Assembly (NCBI GenBank): GCA_949284695.1
Contig: CASDWJ010000029.1
Location: 25,076 to 89,075 of the forward strand
DNA length: 64,000 nucleotides
Source of the DNA: an uncultured Christensenella sp.
GTDB lineage: Bacteria; Bacillota; Clostridia; Christensenellales; UBA3700
Direction: 5' to 3'
Positions 45,957 through 56,094 of this stretch are shown here, in pieces (within the stretch, counting starts at the first letter, position 1; every line of letters begins with the position of its first letter). Below the pieces are notes generated by a model. It worked only from the letters and a program-made list of their open reading frames with translations, did not search any database and had not been told where the DNA came from. A program made the translations under genes and the position numbers.

Positions 45957-47369
45957 TTATTTTTCTGTCCCACAATTTTTTCTTGCTTCAAGTTCTTTTT
46001 TGATCTCGGCGAACCTCTCTCTGCCCATATTCGCGCGGTAGGCGAATATCACTGATATAAGGAATATCACGCTGGGTACGACCGCAAGCACGACTCTTAT
46101 CGCGATCAGCGCCGACTCAGGCTGATCTATCACGGTGTTGTCAGTGCTCTCTATATAGCCGAAAAGCTCGAGCACGAGCGAGACCACCGCGACGGCAACG
46201 CCCGAAGCGAGCTTGTACATAAACTGCGTGATCCCGTAAAACGCGCCCTCTCTCCTGACGCCGTTGACGTATTCGTCGACCTCGACGACGTCGGGCAGGC
46301 TCGCATAAGGCAGTATCTGTATCGCGGACATGCCGAGCCCTGCGATAACGCACATCAAGACCGTGCTCCATACGACCTGTTCGGGCACGAAAAGCGCGAG
46401 CGACAGCGCGAGGGTCATATATACGCACGCGACGGCGTAAACCTTGTGTTTGCTGAACTTCTCGCTCGCCTTGACCCATATGAAAGAGGACAGTATCGCG
46501 CAGACAAGCGGCGTTGCGATAAACACCATGCTCATCGTGCCGCCTCCGAAGCCCATCGTGTCGTTGATGAAGAACATGAACACGCTCATTATTATATCGA
46601 AGCCGACCATGCTGAGAAGATATGTCGCGATCACGTTGCGGAATTCTTTGAGTCTGAAAAGCTCTTTGAGGGTCGTGAAGAACCCCTGAGTGTTCTCGTG
46701 AGACGTTTCCTTGTTTTCCTTTACAGTCAGCGAGCAGACGAAGAATATCAGCGAAGCGAGCACGCCGAATATGACGGACGCTACTGCGTATGCCTTGCTG
46801 AGAGACCCGAGCGCGCCGTAAAGTATGCTCTCGGTGCCGTCTGCGAGCAACGCGAATACCGCCGCGCCGAGGAGCATGCCGACGTTGGTCATCGCTATCC
46901 TTATGCCGCTGATCGAAGTGCGCTCGTCGTAATCGTCGGTCATGTTGGCGGTCAGCGCGTTGTACGGGATATAGACGACCGTCCAGACCGTGTTGTAAAG
47001 CATGTATACGAGCGTGTAGTAGATCATCTTGGCGACCTGCGCGTTTTCTCCGAAAGGCGCAAGCCATAGCAGAATGAAACTCAGACCGTAGGGTATCGCG
47101 CCGAAGATCATATACACCCTGCGCTTGCCCCATTTGCCGAACTTGGTCTTGTCGACTATCCTGCCCATCATATAGTCGGTGATCGCGTCCCACGCGCGGG
47201 CGATGATGAACACCACCGACGCGAGACCGGCTTTGAGACCTCCGACGTTTACGAAAAAGTAAAGCAGATAAAAAGATATGGCGGCGAACAGAATGTTCAC
47301 CGACATATCGCCGCTGCCGTAAGCAATTTTCTGACCCAAAGATATCTTACCTTTGCGCTCTTCTTCCAT
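45957..47369 (-). CDS. GPH-family sugar:cation symporter
   Basis: 12-TM protein. ARAWDAITDYMMGRIVDKTKFGKWGKRRVYMIFG is a GPH-type motif. Confidence 0.8.
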   Translation of the reverse strand: MEEERKGKISLGQKIAYGSGDMSVNILFAAISFYLLYFFVNVGGLKAGLASVVFIIARAWDAITDYMMGRIVDKTKFGKWGKRRVYMIFGAIPYGLSFILLWLAPFGENAQVAKMIYYTLVYMLYNTVWTVVYIPYNALTANMTDDYDERTSISGIRIAMTNVGMLLGAAVFALLADGTESILYGALGSLSKAYAVASVIFGVLASLIFFVCSLTVKENKETSHENTQGFFTTLKELFRLKEFRNVIATYLLSMVGFDIIMSVFMFFINDTMGFGGGTMSMVFIATPLVCAILSSFIWVKASEKFSKHKVYAVACVYMTLALSLALFVPEQVVWSTVLMCVIAGLGMSAIQILPYASLPDVVEVDEYVNGVRREGAFYGITQFMYKLASGVAVAVVSLVLELFGYIESTDNTVIDQPESALIAIRVVLAVVPSVIFLISVIFAYRANMGRERFAEIKKELEARKNCGTEK

Positions 47370-47386
47370 AATTTTTTCCCGGAGAC

Positions 47387-49105
47387 TTATCTGTATTTTT
47401 TCATTTCCTCGTCGATTATCTCTCTGACCTTTGCCACGCAGTCCTTGATCGCGACTCTTTCCGCCTTCTTGGTCGCGCGCATGCAGATCTCGACCTCGCC
47501 GTCTGCGAGCGTCTTGGGAGAGACGACCATTCTGATCGGCATACCCATGAGATCCGCGTCGGCAAACTTGACTCCCGCGCCGCAGTTCCTGTCGTCGAAA
47601 AGCACCTCTACGCCGCTCTCCTCGAGCTGTTTCAAGACCTCGTCGGCGTTCTTCCTGACGTTCTCGTCGTCATAACGGAGCACGCAGATATGCACCTGCC
47701 ACGGAGCGACCGACATCGGCAGTATCAGACCGTTTTCGTCGTTGGATTCTTCGGCAATCGAAGCGATCGCCCTGCCCACGCCTATGCCGTAACAACCCAT
47801 TATCGGGTTGAACGCCTGACCGTCCCTGCCGTGCACGGTCATGCCCATAGCCTTGGTGTATTTTGTGCCCAGCTGGAATATATTGCCTATTTCGATACCG
47901 TTCTCGACCCTGAGTTCGCCTCCGCAGACGGGGCATCTCTGACCCGCTTTGACCTTGGATACGTCGACGTATTTCACGTTCTTGAAATCGCGGTCGGGGC
48001 TGACTCCCGTATAGTGATACTCGGGCTTGTTGGCGCCGCATACCATATTGTTCGTGCCCTCGATCGACTTGTCGAAGATCACGGTCAGTTTGTCCGAAAG
48101 CCCTATCGCGCCGATATTGCCGCAGACGATGTCCTCGCTGATACCGCCGTCGTAAGCGACGACGTTCTTGCCCAGCGCCTTTTTGAGTTTGGCTTCGTTG
48201 ACCTCGAGATCACCTCTGACGAACGCGACGACAAGTTCGTCCTGCTCGCCTTTCACGGCGTAAACGACCGCCTTGATCGTCTTATACTCCGGTATATTCA
48301 GCCTCTTGCAGACTTCTTCTATCGTCTTGTCCTCGCCCGTGAACACCTCTTTGAGTTCGCACGGCTCGTCGTCGTGCTTGTCGAGCACAGAAGTCGCGAC
48401 TTCCATATTCGCGCGGTAATCGCAGTCGTTGCAGAACACGATACTGTCCTCTCCCGCCTCCGTTATCAGCATAAACTCGTGAGCGATACTGCCGCCCATC
48501 ATGCCGGTGTCGGACTTTACGTCAACAAACTTTTTGAGTCCTATCCTTCTGAAAATGCGGTAGTACGCGTCGAACATCCTGTAATAATACTCCCCGAGTT
48601 CTTTCGCGTCGTTGTGGAAGGAATAAGCGTCCTTCATCGTGAATTCCCTGACTCTTATGAGTCCGCCGCGAGCGCGCGCCTCGTCGCGGTATTTGGTCTG
48701 GATCTGATATATCATCATCGGCAGCTGCTGATAGCTCGAAACCGTATGGTTGGCAAGATGCACCGCCGCTTCTTCGTGCGTCATGCCGAGGAGCATATCG
48801 TGCTCGTTCCTGTCCTTGAAGCGCACCATTTCGGAGCCTATCGAGGTATATCTGCCGCTGGACTCCCACAGCTCTCTGGGCATAACGACGGGGAAAAGCA
48901 CTTCCTGCCCGTCTTCTCTGTCCATTTCCTCGCGGATTATAGCCTGGATCTTTCTGCTCATTCTCTGGCAGGGCGGGGTCATCGTATAAATACCTCCGTA
49001 AACCTGCTTGATAAATCCCGCTCTCGACAGGAGAACGTGGCTTCTGATCTTAGCGTCCTGAGGCGCTTCTTTGGTCCTTTCGCATACCAGCTTGCTGAGT
49101 AACAT
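47387..49105 (-). CDS. proS: prolyl-tRNA synthetase (bacterial type with editing insertion)
   Basis: 572 aa from the ATG at 49105. Class II motifs, e.g. LLSRAGFIKQ, RFKDRN...LLGMTHEE, REFTMKDAYSF, GCYGIGVGR. Confidence 0.95.
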   Translation of the reverse strand: MLLSKLVCERTKEAPQDAKIRSHVLLSRAGFIKQVYGGIYTMTPPCQRMSRKIQAIIREEMDREDGQEVLFPVVMPRELWESSGRYTSIGSEMVRFKDRNEHDMLLGMTHEEAAVHLANHTVSSYQQLPMMIYQIQTKYRDEARARGGLIRVREFTMKDAYSFHNDAKELGEYYYRMFDAYYRIFRRIGLKKFVDVKSDTGMMGGSIAHEFMLITEAGEDSIVFCNDCDYRANMEVATSVLDKHDDEPCELKEVFTGEDKTIEEVCKRLNIPEYKTIKAVVYAVKGEQDELVVAFVRGDLEVNEAKLKKALGKNVVAYDGGISEDIVCGNIGAIGLSDKLTVIFDKSIEGTNNMVCGANKPEYHYTGVSPDRDFKNVKYVDVSKVKAGQRCPVCGGELRVENGIEIGNIFQLGTKYTKAMGMTVHGRDGQAFNPIMGCYGIGVGRAIASIAEESNDENGLILPMSVAPWQVHICVLRYDDENVRKNADEVLKQLEESGVEVLFDDRNCGAGVKFADADLMGMPIRMVVSPKTLADGEVEICMRATKKAERVAIKDCVAKVREIIDEEMKKYR

Positions 49106-49137
49106 AAAACATCTTCCTTTTTTGTTCGTTTGTTGAA

Positions 49138-49166
49138 ATTTTAGCATAAGGCACACGCAAAATCAA
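49138..49166 (-). promoter_or_regulatory. proS promoter
   Basis: On the minus strand: TTGATT, a 17-nt spacer, then the extended -10 TGcTAAAAT. The 5' UTR is about 30 nt. I saw no T-box sequence. Confidence 0.45.
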
Positions 49167-49215
49167 GCGATATGTAATAAGATGAATACATTCTGCGCGC
49201 GGCGCGCGTCTTTAT

Positions 49216-49287
49216 ATGCACGTATGCGCATATCGACGTATGCGGATAATACCGTTTGCACGTATCGGCATATATTCATACGTGCAT
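49216..49287. promoter_or_regulatory. operator-like repeat cluster in the proS/tkt divergent region
   Basis: 11-bp inverted repeat: atgcacgtatg (49216-49226) and catacgtgcat (49277-49287). It encloses three direct repeats acgtatScg at about 49220, 49236 and 49260. Confidence 0.4.
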
Positions 49288-49554
49288 TTTTTATATGCGC
49301 AACAGTTCATATCAACGAGCGTTCATACGAAAAACGCGCCGCTTACGATACGGCGGGGTTTTTCCCCGCTCCCCGTGTACGGGCGACAATGCTCCCCTCC
49401 TTTCCTGCCTGAGACTTTTTACCGCTCAAAGCGCGTGAAAAGCGGAAAAAGCCGTTTTTCTTCTCTAAACTGCTCCCTTATTTTCGCACGCTATAAAGGT
49501 GATATCCGTCAAAAAATTAACTTGCCAAAGTACGCAAAAAATCGACAAAAGCTA

Positions 49555-49583
49555 TTTGAACTCGGCAGGGTTTGTGGTATAAT
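49555..49583 (+). promoter_or_regulatory. transketolase operon promoter
   Basis: TTGAAC (49555-49560), a 17-nt spacer, then the extended -10 TGgTATAAT (TATAAT at 49578-49583). GGAGG precedes the ATG at 49600. Confidence 0.5.
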
Positions 49584-49599
49584 GGTTGCGGAGGACTTT

Positions 49600-50424
49600 A
49601 TGGACAAGCAAAAACTCGAATTTCTCAACGCTAAATCCGACGAGATACGCAAGATCCTTATCGAAATGATAGGTCGTCTCGGCGTCGGACACGTCGGCGG
49701 CTCGCTCTCGGTAGTCGATCTGCTGACCGTTTTATATTACGACCTCGCCAAGGTCGACCCGAAGAACCCGACCGATCCCGACAGAGACCGCATCGTTATG
49801 AGCAAGGGTCACGCAGGTCCCGCTCTCTATGCGGCGCTCGCTTCAAAGGGCTATTTCCCTATGGACGAGATCAAGACCCTCAACAAATCGGGCACCCGTC
49901 TCCCCTCTCACTGCGACATGAACAAGACTGTGGGCGTGGATATGACCGCAGGTTCTCTCGGTCAGGGTATCAGCGCGGCTGTGGGAATGGCTCTCGCCGG
50001 CAAGATGGACAAAAAAGACTATCACGTCTACGCAATAATAGGCGACGGCGAATCTCAGGAAGGTCAGGTATGGGAAGCGATCATGCTTGCAGGCAATAAA
50101 AAACTCGACAATCTGACCATCTTCCTCGACAACAACAGAATGCAGATCGACGATTACGTCGACAACATCAACAGCGTCGAGCCGTTCGACAAGAAGTGCG
50201 AAGCCTTCAATATGCAGGCGATACGCGTCAACGGGCACGATCTCGAGGAGCTCGAAAATGCCATACTCAAGGCAAAGAGCACAAAAGACAAATGCACCTG
50301 CATCGTCATGGATACTGTCAAGGGTTACGGCGTTCCTTGGGCGGTCAGCAAGGGCGTGGGCAGCCACAGCTTCTCTATTTCGGAAAAAGAATGGAGAGAA
50401 TTCTGCAATAAGGAGACGGACTGA
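49600..50424 (+). CDS. transketolase, N-terminal (ThDP-binding) subunit
   Basis: 274 aa from the ATG at 49600. GHVGGSLS, SKGHAGPALY and GDGESQEGQVWEA motifs. The track ORF is over-extended upstream through the promoter. Confidence 0.9.
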   Translation: MDKQKLEFLNAKSDEIRKILIEMIGRLGVGHVGGSLSVVDLLTVLYYDLAKVDPKNPTDPDRDRIVMSKGHAGPALYAALASKGYFPMDEIKTLNKSGTRLPSHCDMNKTVGVDMTAGSLGQGISAAVGMALAGKMDKKDYHVYAIIGDGESQEGQVWEAIMLAGNKKLDNLTIFLDNNRMQIDDYVDNINSVEPFDKKCEAFNMQAIRVNGHDLEELENAILKAKSTKDKCTCIVMDTVKGYGVPWAVSKGVGSHSFSISEKEWREFCNKETD

Positions 50425-51362
50425 TGCAAGACACAAAAGAATTACGCGAAATATATTGCGACAGCCTTCTCGAAATGGCTGCCACCAACAAAGACATCGT
50501 CGTCGTAGAAGCCGACCTGACCAACTGTATCAAGACGGGTCGTTTCAAGGCGGCATATCCCGACAGATTTGTCAACGTCGGCATTGCAGAAGCCAATATG
50601 ATCGGCGTTTGCGCAGGTCTTTCCACCTGCGGCAAAGTGCCCTTCTGCTCCTCTTTCGCGCCGTTTGCGACGCGCCGCTGTTACGATCAGATATTCATAT
50701 CCGTCGCTTACAGCAAGCAGAACGTCAAGATCGTCGGCACCGACCCCGGCATTACCGCGGAGCTTAACGGCGGCACGCATATGCCTTTCGAGGACATGGG
50801 CATCATGAGAAATATACCCGATATGGTCTGCATAGAGCCGACCGACGCGGCGATGCTCAAATCGCTTATGCCCAAGATAGCGGCTTATAAAGGTCCCGTA
50901 TATCTGCGCATTATGAGAAAGAAGTGCGAGCAGATCTACGGCGAAGGCGCTGAGTTCGATATGTTCAGGGCGTTCACTCTCCGTCAGGGAAGCGACGTCA
51001 CGATCTTCGCGAGCGGCATAATGGTGTCGCGCGCTCTCGAAGCGGCTGACAGACTCAAAGCCGAGGGCATAAACGCAGAGGTCGTCAACGTGTACTGCTG
51101 GAAGCCGATCGACGTCGAGACCGTAGTAAAGAGCGTGTCAAAGACGAAATGCTGCGTGGTCGCGGAAAACCACAACGTGCACAACGGTCTTTTCGGCGCG
51201 GTGACGGAGGTACTCGCACAGCACTGCCCCGTGCCCGCAGAAAGCGTTTCGGTAAAAGACCTGTTCGGCGAAGTGGGCAAGATCCCCTATCTCGAAGAAA
51301 AGTTCGCTCTGCGCGCGGCAGACATCTACGACGCGGCTAAAAAGGTCGTCGCAAGAAAGTAA
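50424..51362 (+). CDS. transketolase, C-terminal (pyrimidine-binding) subunit
   Basis: RFVNVGIAEANMIGVCAGL plus the conserved C-terminal domain. The start overlaps the upstream stop. Confidence 0.9.
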   Translation: MQDTKELREIYCDSLLEMAATNKDIVVVEADLTNCIKTGRFKAAYPDRFVNVGIAEANMIGVCAGLSTCGKVPFCSSFAPFATRRCYDQIFISVAYSKQNVKIVGTDPGITAELNGGTHMPFEDMGIMRNIPDMVCIEPTDAAMLKSLMPKIAAYKGPVYLRIMRKKCEQIYGEGAEFDMFRAFTLRQGSDVTIFASGIMVSRALEAADRLKAEGINAEVVNVYCWKPIDVETVVKSVSKTKCCVVAENHNVHNGLFGAVTEVLAQHCPVPAESVSVKDLFGEVGKIPYLEEKFALRAADIYDAAKKVVARK

Positions 51363-51382
51363 ACGAAAAACAAATACTGATA

Positions 51383-51416
51383 AGACGGAAGGCGATCCCG
51401 CTTTCCGTCTTTTTTG
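51383..51416 (+). terminator. transketolase operon terminator
   Basis: agacggaa ... ttccgtct followed by ttttt. Confidence 0.7.
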
Positions 51417-51558
51417 TGCGCTGAACGGCGTTGACCGCGGACTTCCCGTCAATAACCGCGCCGCTCTGTTCTTTGCCCGCAAAATGCGTCGGACATCCGT
51501 TCACGGTTTTGCTTTTATATATTTTCTGTCTCTCGGAGACCGCGGCGTTTTCCTCTTT

Positions 51559-51648
51559 GCGATACGGTATAAATGTCACCCTCAGCTTCCCGCGCGCCGC
51601 CGTCGCGATACGGTATAAACTGTCGCCCGCAACTTCCCGTGCGCCGTC
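51559..51648. repeat. 46-bp direct repeat, 2 copies
   Basis: gcgatacggtataaatgtcaccctcagcttcccgcgcgccg and gcgatacggtataaactgtcgcccgcaacttcccgtgcgccg, starting at 51559 and 51605. Confidence 0.8.
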
Positions 51649-51656
51649 TTAACGGC

Positions 51657-51691
51657 ATAAAAAAAGAAGCGGTCGCCCGCTTCTTTTTTTA
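51657..51691. terminator. bidirectional terminator (serves the 51703..53361 transporter)
   Basis: aaaaaaa-gaagcgg-tcgc-ccgcttc-ttttttt. Confidence 0.75.
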
Positions 51692-51702
51692 TTTGAAAGT
51701 TG

Positions 51703-53361
51703 TCAGTCCTTTTTGTCGTCGTTTTCAACGCTTGCGGTGTCCGCAACACTGTCGACGCTTTCGACGTTTACGATGTCCGCGTCCGCCACGGTTTCGCTTG
51801 CGGGAGCTGCGTCTGCGACTACGTCTTCTGCCGCTTCGCCTTCAGGCATAGCCACGCCTTCGGCGATCGCCCTTCTGCGCTCTATCTCTGCCTTGATCTC
51901 GTCGTATCTCGCGCCGTAGAGGTTGTATTTCTTCTTGTAGACGATATATCCGATGAGGCAGATCGGGATCGGGATCAGGAACATGAACACTCTGAGTATA
52001 GTCAGCGCGTCGAGGCTGAGAACTCCGGTTTCGAGGTCCGCGACCTGTTCGTACTTGCCAGTTGCATCGTTCCACTGGCTGACGATTGACGGAAGTTTCG
52101 CGACCTTGATACCGATACCGAGCAGGAGCATTGCGATCGCGCCCGCGAACTTGGTCAGAAGGGTCTGCACCGAGAAGATGATGCTGTCGCCTCTCTTGCC
52201 GTTGAGGTACTCGCCGTAATCTACGACGTCCGCAATCATGACCGTCGAGCCTATCTGGTTGAGACCGTTGCTCGTCATCAGGAACGCGCCTGCAATAGCG
52301 ACTATTACGACGTTGAGCCATCTCGAACCGCTGTTGCCGAAGCCGTAATCCGATTGAAGCACGAAGAACACGAGGAAGAGCGCCGCCATGCCTATCATCG
52401 CCATGAAGTAGTTGGCGCCGTATATCTTCTCTCTCGGGATCTTCTTGGTGATCAGGTTGTAGAAGAACATCGCGATACCCTGACCCGTGCAGGCTACGAT
52501 CGTGAACACCGTATAGCCCACGTTGGGGTCGAGGATGCCTATCGCGTCGTTGCCGTAATAGATGAAGATGTAGAGTATCTGGAACAGAGCTATCGTCGTA
52601 GCCGAACAGAACAGCACGTATGATACCGCATAAGACCTGAGCTGGTCGTTGCTCTTGAAGAAGCCGAATATCTCTTTTATGCCGACGTCACCGGTCGGAA
52701 TCTTGTATTTTTCCTTGTTGCAAAGTACGGTGACCATTATGAAGCAGAACATAAGGACCGCAACGATGATGCCCATCGCGAGATACGCCATCTTGACGCC
52801 GTAGTTGGGCGTTATGAGCGGCATGCACAGAGAAGTGCCTATCGTAGAAGCGACGAAACCTCCGAAACCGCCGATCAGCCTTGCGAGCGAGCTGAGCTTG
52901 TTGCGCTCATCGGTCGAGTTCGCGATAGTCGGGATCATAGACCAGAACGGAACGTCTACTACCGTAAACGTCATGCCCCAGATGATGTACATGAATATGT
53001 AATAGAAATATCTGACGCCTTCAACAGTGGTTTCCGTATTGAGAGGAATAAACATTGCTACGAGCGAAACCGCGTTGAGAAGCGCACCCACCGCTATCCA
53101 CGGACGGAATTTGCCCCATCTCTTGCTTGCTTTCGTGTTGTTGACGAGAGTCGCAAGCAACGGGTCGTTGACGGTATCCCAAAGTTTTGCGATGACGAAC
53201 GCGACCGTGAGCACGAGAGCGTCGAGTCCCATATAGATATTGAGATACGCAAGGAAAAATACGTTGATGCAGTTGTTGCTTAATTCTCTGCCCAGGGAAC
53301 CGAGCGAATAGGTGATGTTTTCGCCCCAGGTAAGCCCTTTGTTCAAAGCCTTAGAACTCAT
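51703..53361 (-). CDS. GPH-family sugar:cation symporter with acidic C-terminal tail
   Basis: AKLWDTVNDPLLATLVNNTKASKRWGKFRPWIAVG GPH signature. 12 TM segments. AAGGAG RBS. Confidence 0.8.
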   Translation of the reverse strand: MSSKALNKGLTWGENITYSLGSLGRELSNNCINVFFLAYLNIYMGLDALVLTVAFVIAKLWDTVNDPLLATLVNNTKASKRWGKFRPWIAVGALLNAVSLVAMFIPLNTETTVEGVRYFYYIFMYIIWGMTFTVVDVPFWSMIPTIANSTDERNKLSSLARLIGGFGGFVASTIGTSLCMPLITPNYGVKMAYLAMGIIVAVLMFCFIMVTVLCNKEKYKIPTGDVGIKEIFGFFKSNDQLRSYAVSYVLFCSATTIALFQILYIFIYYGNDAIGILDPNVGYTVFTIVACTGQGIAMFFYNLITKKIPREKIYGANYFMAMIGMAALFLVFFVLQSDYGFGNSGSRWLNVVIVAIAGAFLMTSNGLNQIGSTVMIADVVDYGEYLNGKRGDSIIFSVQTLLTKFAGAIAMLLLGIGIKVAKLPSIVSQWNDATGKYEQVADLETGVLSLDALTILRVFMFLIPIPICLIGYIVYKKKYNLYGARYDEIKAEIERRRAIAEGVAMPEGEAAEDVVADAAPASETVADADIVNVESVDSVADTASVENDDKKD

Positions 53362-53576
53362 AATCTTCTCCTTTCACCTTAATAAAATAATTTTAACACA
53401 TGCGGCGCGCGTTTTCAACAATATTAAAATACAAAATAGTCTAATGTTTTTACGGTTTTGTATATAAAATATGCGCAAAATCGTCGTTTTTCGCAAAAAA
53501 CCCGTTTATCCGCCGACCCGGGCGACTTCGCCTTCTGCAAGAAGCCTCTTTGCCTTTCGACGCCTCGAGGCGACGG

Positions 53577-55301
53577 TCAGATCAGATATACCGCCGCTTC
53601 GAAAGGACGCAGAGTCCTGTTGCCGAGCGGCAACACGTCGTCGTAATTGCACAGTTCCGCGTGCGCGCTCCTGCCCTTCCATTCGTCGGGCAGTCTGAAT
53701 TTGACGGGTTTGCCCGTGAAGTTGCATATCACCGCGAGCGCCTTGTCTCCTATGCGCCTTTCGTACACGTAGATCTTGTTGCTCTTTGCGTAAAACTCGT
53801 TGAACTCTCCGTCGATCACATACTCGTTGCCGAGGCGGTACTTTATCAGTCTCCTGTAAAAATTCCATATACTCGACGGGTCTCGCTTCTGAACGTCTAC
53901 GTTCTTATAAACGTAATTCGGGTTGACCTCCATCCACGGCGTGACGCCTGCGGCAGAGAAACCCGCGTTGACTTCCGCACTCCATTGCATCGGCGAGCGC
54001 GCGTGATCTCGCGCGACCTTGGCAAGCACTTTGCTCGCAACGGGGATAAGAAAAGGCGCTTTCTTCAAAGCCTTGTATACGTTGACCGAAAGCACGTCTT
54101 TGTATACGTCGACCGAATTCATCACCGCTTTTTCGCGATCGTCGCATTCTGCGAGATACTTCGCCTCTTTTACCGGCAGATTGGTCATGCCTATCTCCTG
54201 CCCCTGATAGACGAACGGCACTCCCCTCTGCATATACAGCGCGACCGCGAGCATCTTTGCCGCCTCGTCGAAATGCCCTTTGCATTTGTACGAAACGAAC
54301 CTCGGCATACAGCGCGGCTGATCGTGGTTTTCCATAAAAAGCGTCGGCGCGCAGGTCTTGGGGAGCGCCTGCCAGCGCGCGAATATCGCCTTGAGCTTTC
54401 TGACGTTCATGCCGTGCGGCAGTATCTGCATATATCTGTCCGCGTTCGTGTGCTCGAACGAGAACACGCAGTCGAGCTCTCCCGCACTTTCGTCGATATA
54501 CTCTCTTGCGTTTGCGCTCGTTATGCCCATCGCCTCGCCGACCATCGTCGTATCGTATCTGTTCCACGATCTGTCCGCAAGTTCTTTTATGAATTTGTGA
54601 TAATTTTCCGTCAGGCAATACTGCTCGAAGCCTATCAGAGGAAGTCTTATCTTGCCGTCGGGCAGCCCGTCTTTTTTGGATATGTACGTAATCACGTCGC
54701 ACCTGAAGCCGTCCACACCCTTTTCAAACCAGAAATTGCAGATGTCCGCGACTTCCTGCCTTACCTTGGGATTGTTCCAGTTGAGGTCGGGCTGCTTGTA
54801 CGAGAACAAGTGCATATACCACTCGTCCGTCTCCTTCTCGTACTTCCAGGCGGGTCCGAGGAAGTTGGACATCCAGTTGTTGGGCGGGCGGTTGCCTTTC
54901 TTCCCTCTGCCCTTTTTCCAGTAATAGTAATCGCGGTAGGGGTTGTCCTTGCCCTTTCTGCTCTCCTTGAACCAGGAATGTTCGTCAGACGTATGGTTGA
55001 CGACGAGATCCATTATCAGCCTTATCCCGCGCGCGTGGAGCCCTGCGATAAGCTCGTCGAAATCTGCCATCGTGCCGAATTCGTCCATGATGTCGCGGTA
55101 GTCGCTTATGTCGTACCCGTTGTCGTCGTTGGGCGACTTGTAACAGGGCGACAGCCACACCGCCGTCACGCCGAGTTCCTTCAGATAATCGAGTTTTGAA
55201 ATTATACCGCGTATATCGCCTATGCCGTCCCCGTTGGAATCGCAGAAACTGCGCGGATAGATCTGATAAAAAAAGCTGTCCTTATACCATCTCGTCTTCA
55301 T
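53577..55301 (-). CDS. alpha-glucosidase / oligo-1,6-glucosidase, GH13
   Basis: 574 aa from the ATG at 55301. YQIYPRSF, DLVVNHTSDEH, GFRCDVI, VGEA and FMENHDQPR are GH13 conserved regions I-IV. Confidence 0.9.
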   Translation of the reverse strand: MKTRWYKDSFFYQIYPRSFCDSNGDGIGDIRGIISKLDYLKELGVTAVWLSPCYKSPNDDNGYDISDYRDIMDEFGTMADFDELIAGLHARGIRLIMDLVVNHTSDEHSWFKESRKGKDNPYRDYYYWKKGRGKKGNRPPNNWMSNFLGPAWKYEKETDEWYMHLFSYKQPDLNWNNPKVRQEVADICNFWFEKGVDGFRCDVITYISKKDGLPDGKIRLPLIGFEQYCLTENYHKFIKELADRSWNRYDTTMVGEAMGITSANAREYIDESAGELDCVFSFEHTNADRYMQILPHGMNVRKLKAIFARWQALPKTCAPTLFMENHDQPRCMPRFVSYKCKGHFDEAAKMLAVALYMQRGVPFVYQGQEIGMTNLPVKEAKYLAECDDREKAVMNSVDVYKDVLSVNVYKALKKAPFLIPVASKVLAKVARDHARSPMQWSAEVNAGFSAAGVTPWMEVNPNYVYKNVDVQKRDPSSIWNFYRRLIKYRLGNEYVIDGEFNEFYAKSNKIYVYERRIGDKALAVICNFTGKPVKFRLPDEWKGRSAHAELCNYDDVLPLGNRTLRPFEAAVYLI

Positions 55302-56094
55302 TTTCTCCCTCCCCGTCGCCCGTCTCGGACGGAACTTTGTATTTCGTGCTCGCAAACGTGAGTACGCTTACGCTTTTCGCCTTAGCCTTGAGAAGCACTC
55401 TCGCGACTTCGCTCGCCGTAGCGCCCGTAGTCAGCACGTCGTCCACTACCAGCACCCGTCTGCCCTTCACCGCCGCGGCGTCGACAACTTTGTATACGCC
55501 CTTGACGTTTTCTTCGCGGCTGACGTGACCGAGTTTTGCCTGTTCCTCGTTGTCTTTCGTCTTTACGACGACGCCTTTCAGGTAGTCGAGCCGGAGCGCC
55601 CGCGAGATCTCCCTCGCAAGAAGCTCGGACTGATTGTATCCTCTCTTCCTCTTTCTCCTGTCAGACAGCGGCACCGCCGCAATGCAGTCGCAGTCAAACC
55701 TTTCGTCAAGATACTTGTCCGTCATCATATTGGCGAGATATGGCGCAAAATACCTCTTATTGCCGAACTTCAGACCGTGCACCAACGCCGTCGCCCCGTC
55801 CTCGTATACGCAGACCGAACGCGCCACGTCGAAATACCTGTCGTTGTTCTGACACGTGTTGCAGTAATCCGCCTCGTTGGCAAGCGTCCTGCCGCATTTT
55901 TTGCATATTTCCCCGTCGTTGAGCGGAAGTTTTGCAAGACACGAAGGACACAGCCCGCTCCTGTTCTTTTCTGTGAGCTCTCTGCCGCACAGCAGACAGT
56001 TGCAATCGTCGACGAACAATATTTTCGCAATACGTGTCGACAATATCGCAACTTTTTCAGAGCGTTTCTCTCCGTAAGGCGGATACTTCTTCAT
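55282..56094 (-). CDS. comFC: ComF-family protein (zinc ribbon plus phosphoribosyltransferase domain)
   Basis: CLLCG...CPSC and CKKCG...CNTC Cys pairs. PRTase motif RVLVVDDVLTTGAT. The ATG at 56094 shares its A with the cysK stop. Confidence 0.75.
   Translation of the reverse strand: MKKYPPYGEKRSEKVAILSTRIAKILFVDDCNCLLCGRELTEKNRSGLCPSCLAKLPLNDGEICKKCGRTLANEADYCNTCQNNDRYFDVARSVCVYEDGATALVHGLKFGNKRYFAPYLANMMTDKYLDERFDCDCIAAVPLSDRRKRKRGYNQSELLAREISRALRLDYLKGVVVKTKDNEEQAKLGHVSREENVKGVYKVVDAAAVKGRRVLVVDDVLTTGATASEVARVLLKAKAKSVSVLTFASTKYKVPSETGDGEGENEDEMV

Noticed and set aside
49106-49599. T-box riboswitch upstream of proS, and the 402-aa extended transketolase ORF starting at 49216.
   Set aside because: There is no T-box consensus (AAnnnGGGTGGTACCGCG) on the minus strand, and a promoter sits only about 30 nt from the proS ATG. 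The tkt ORF extension runs through its own promoter and RBS, so the real start is 49600.
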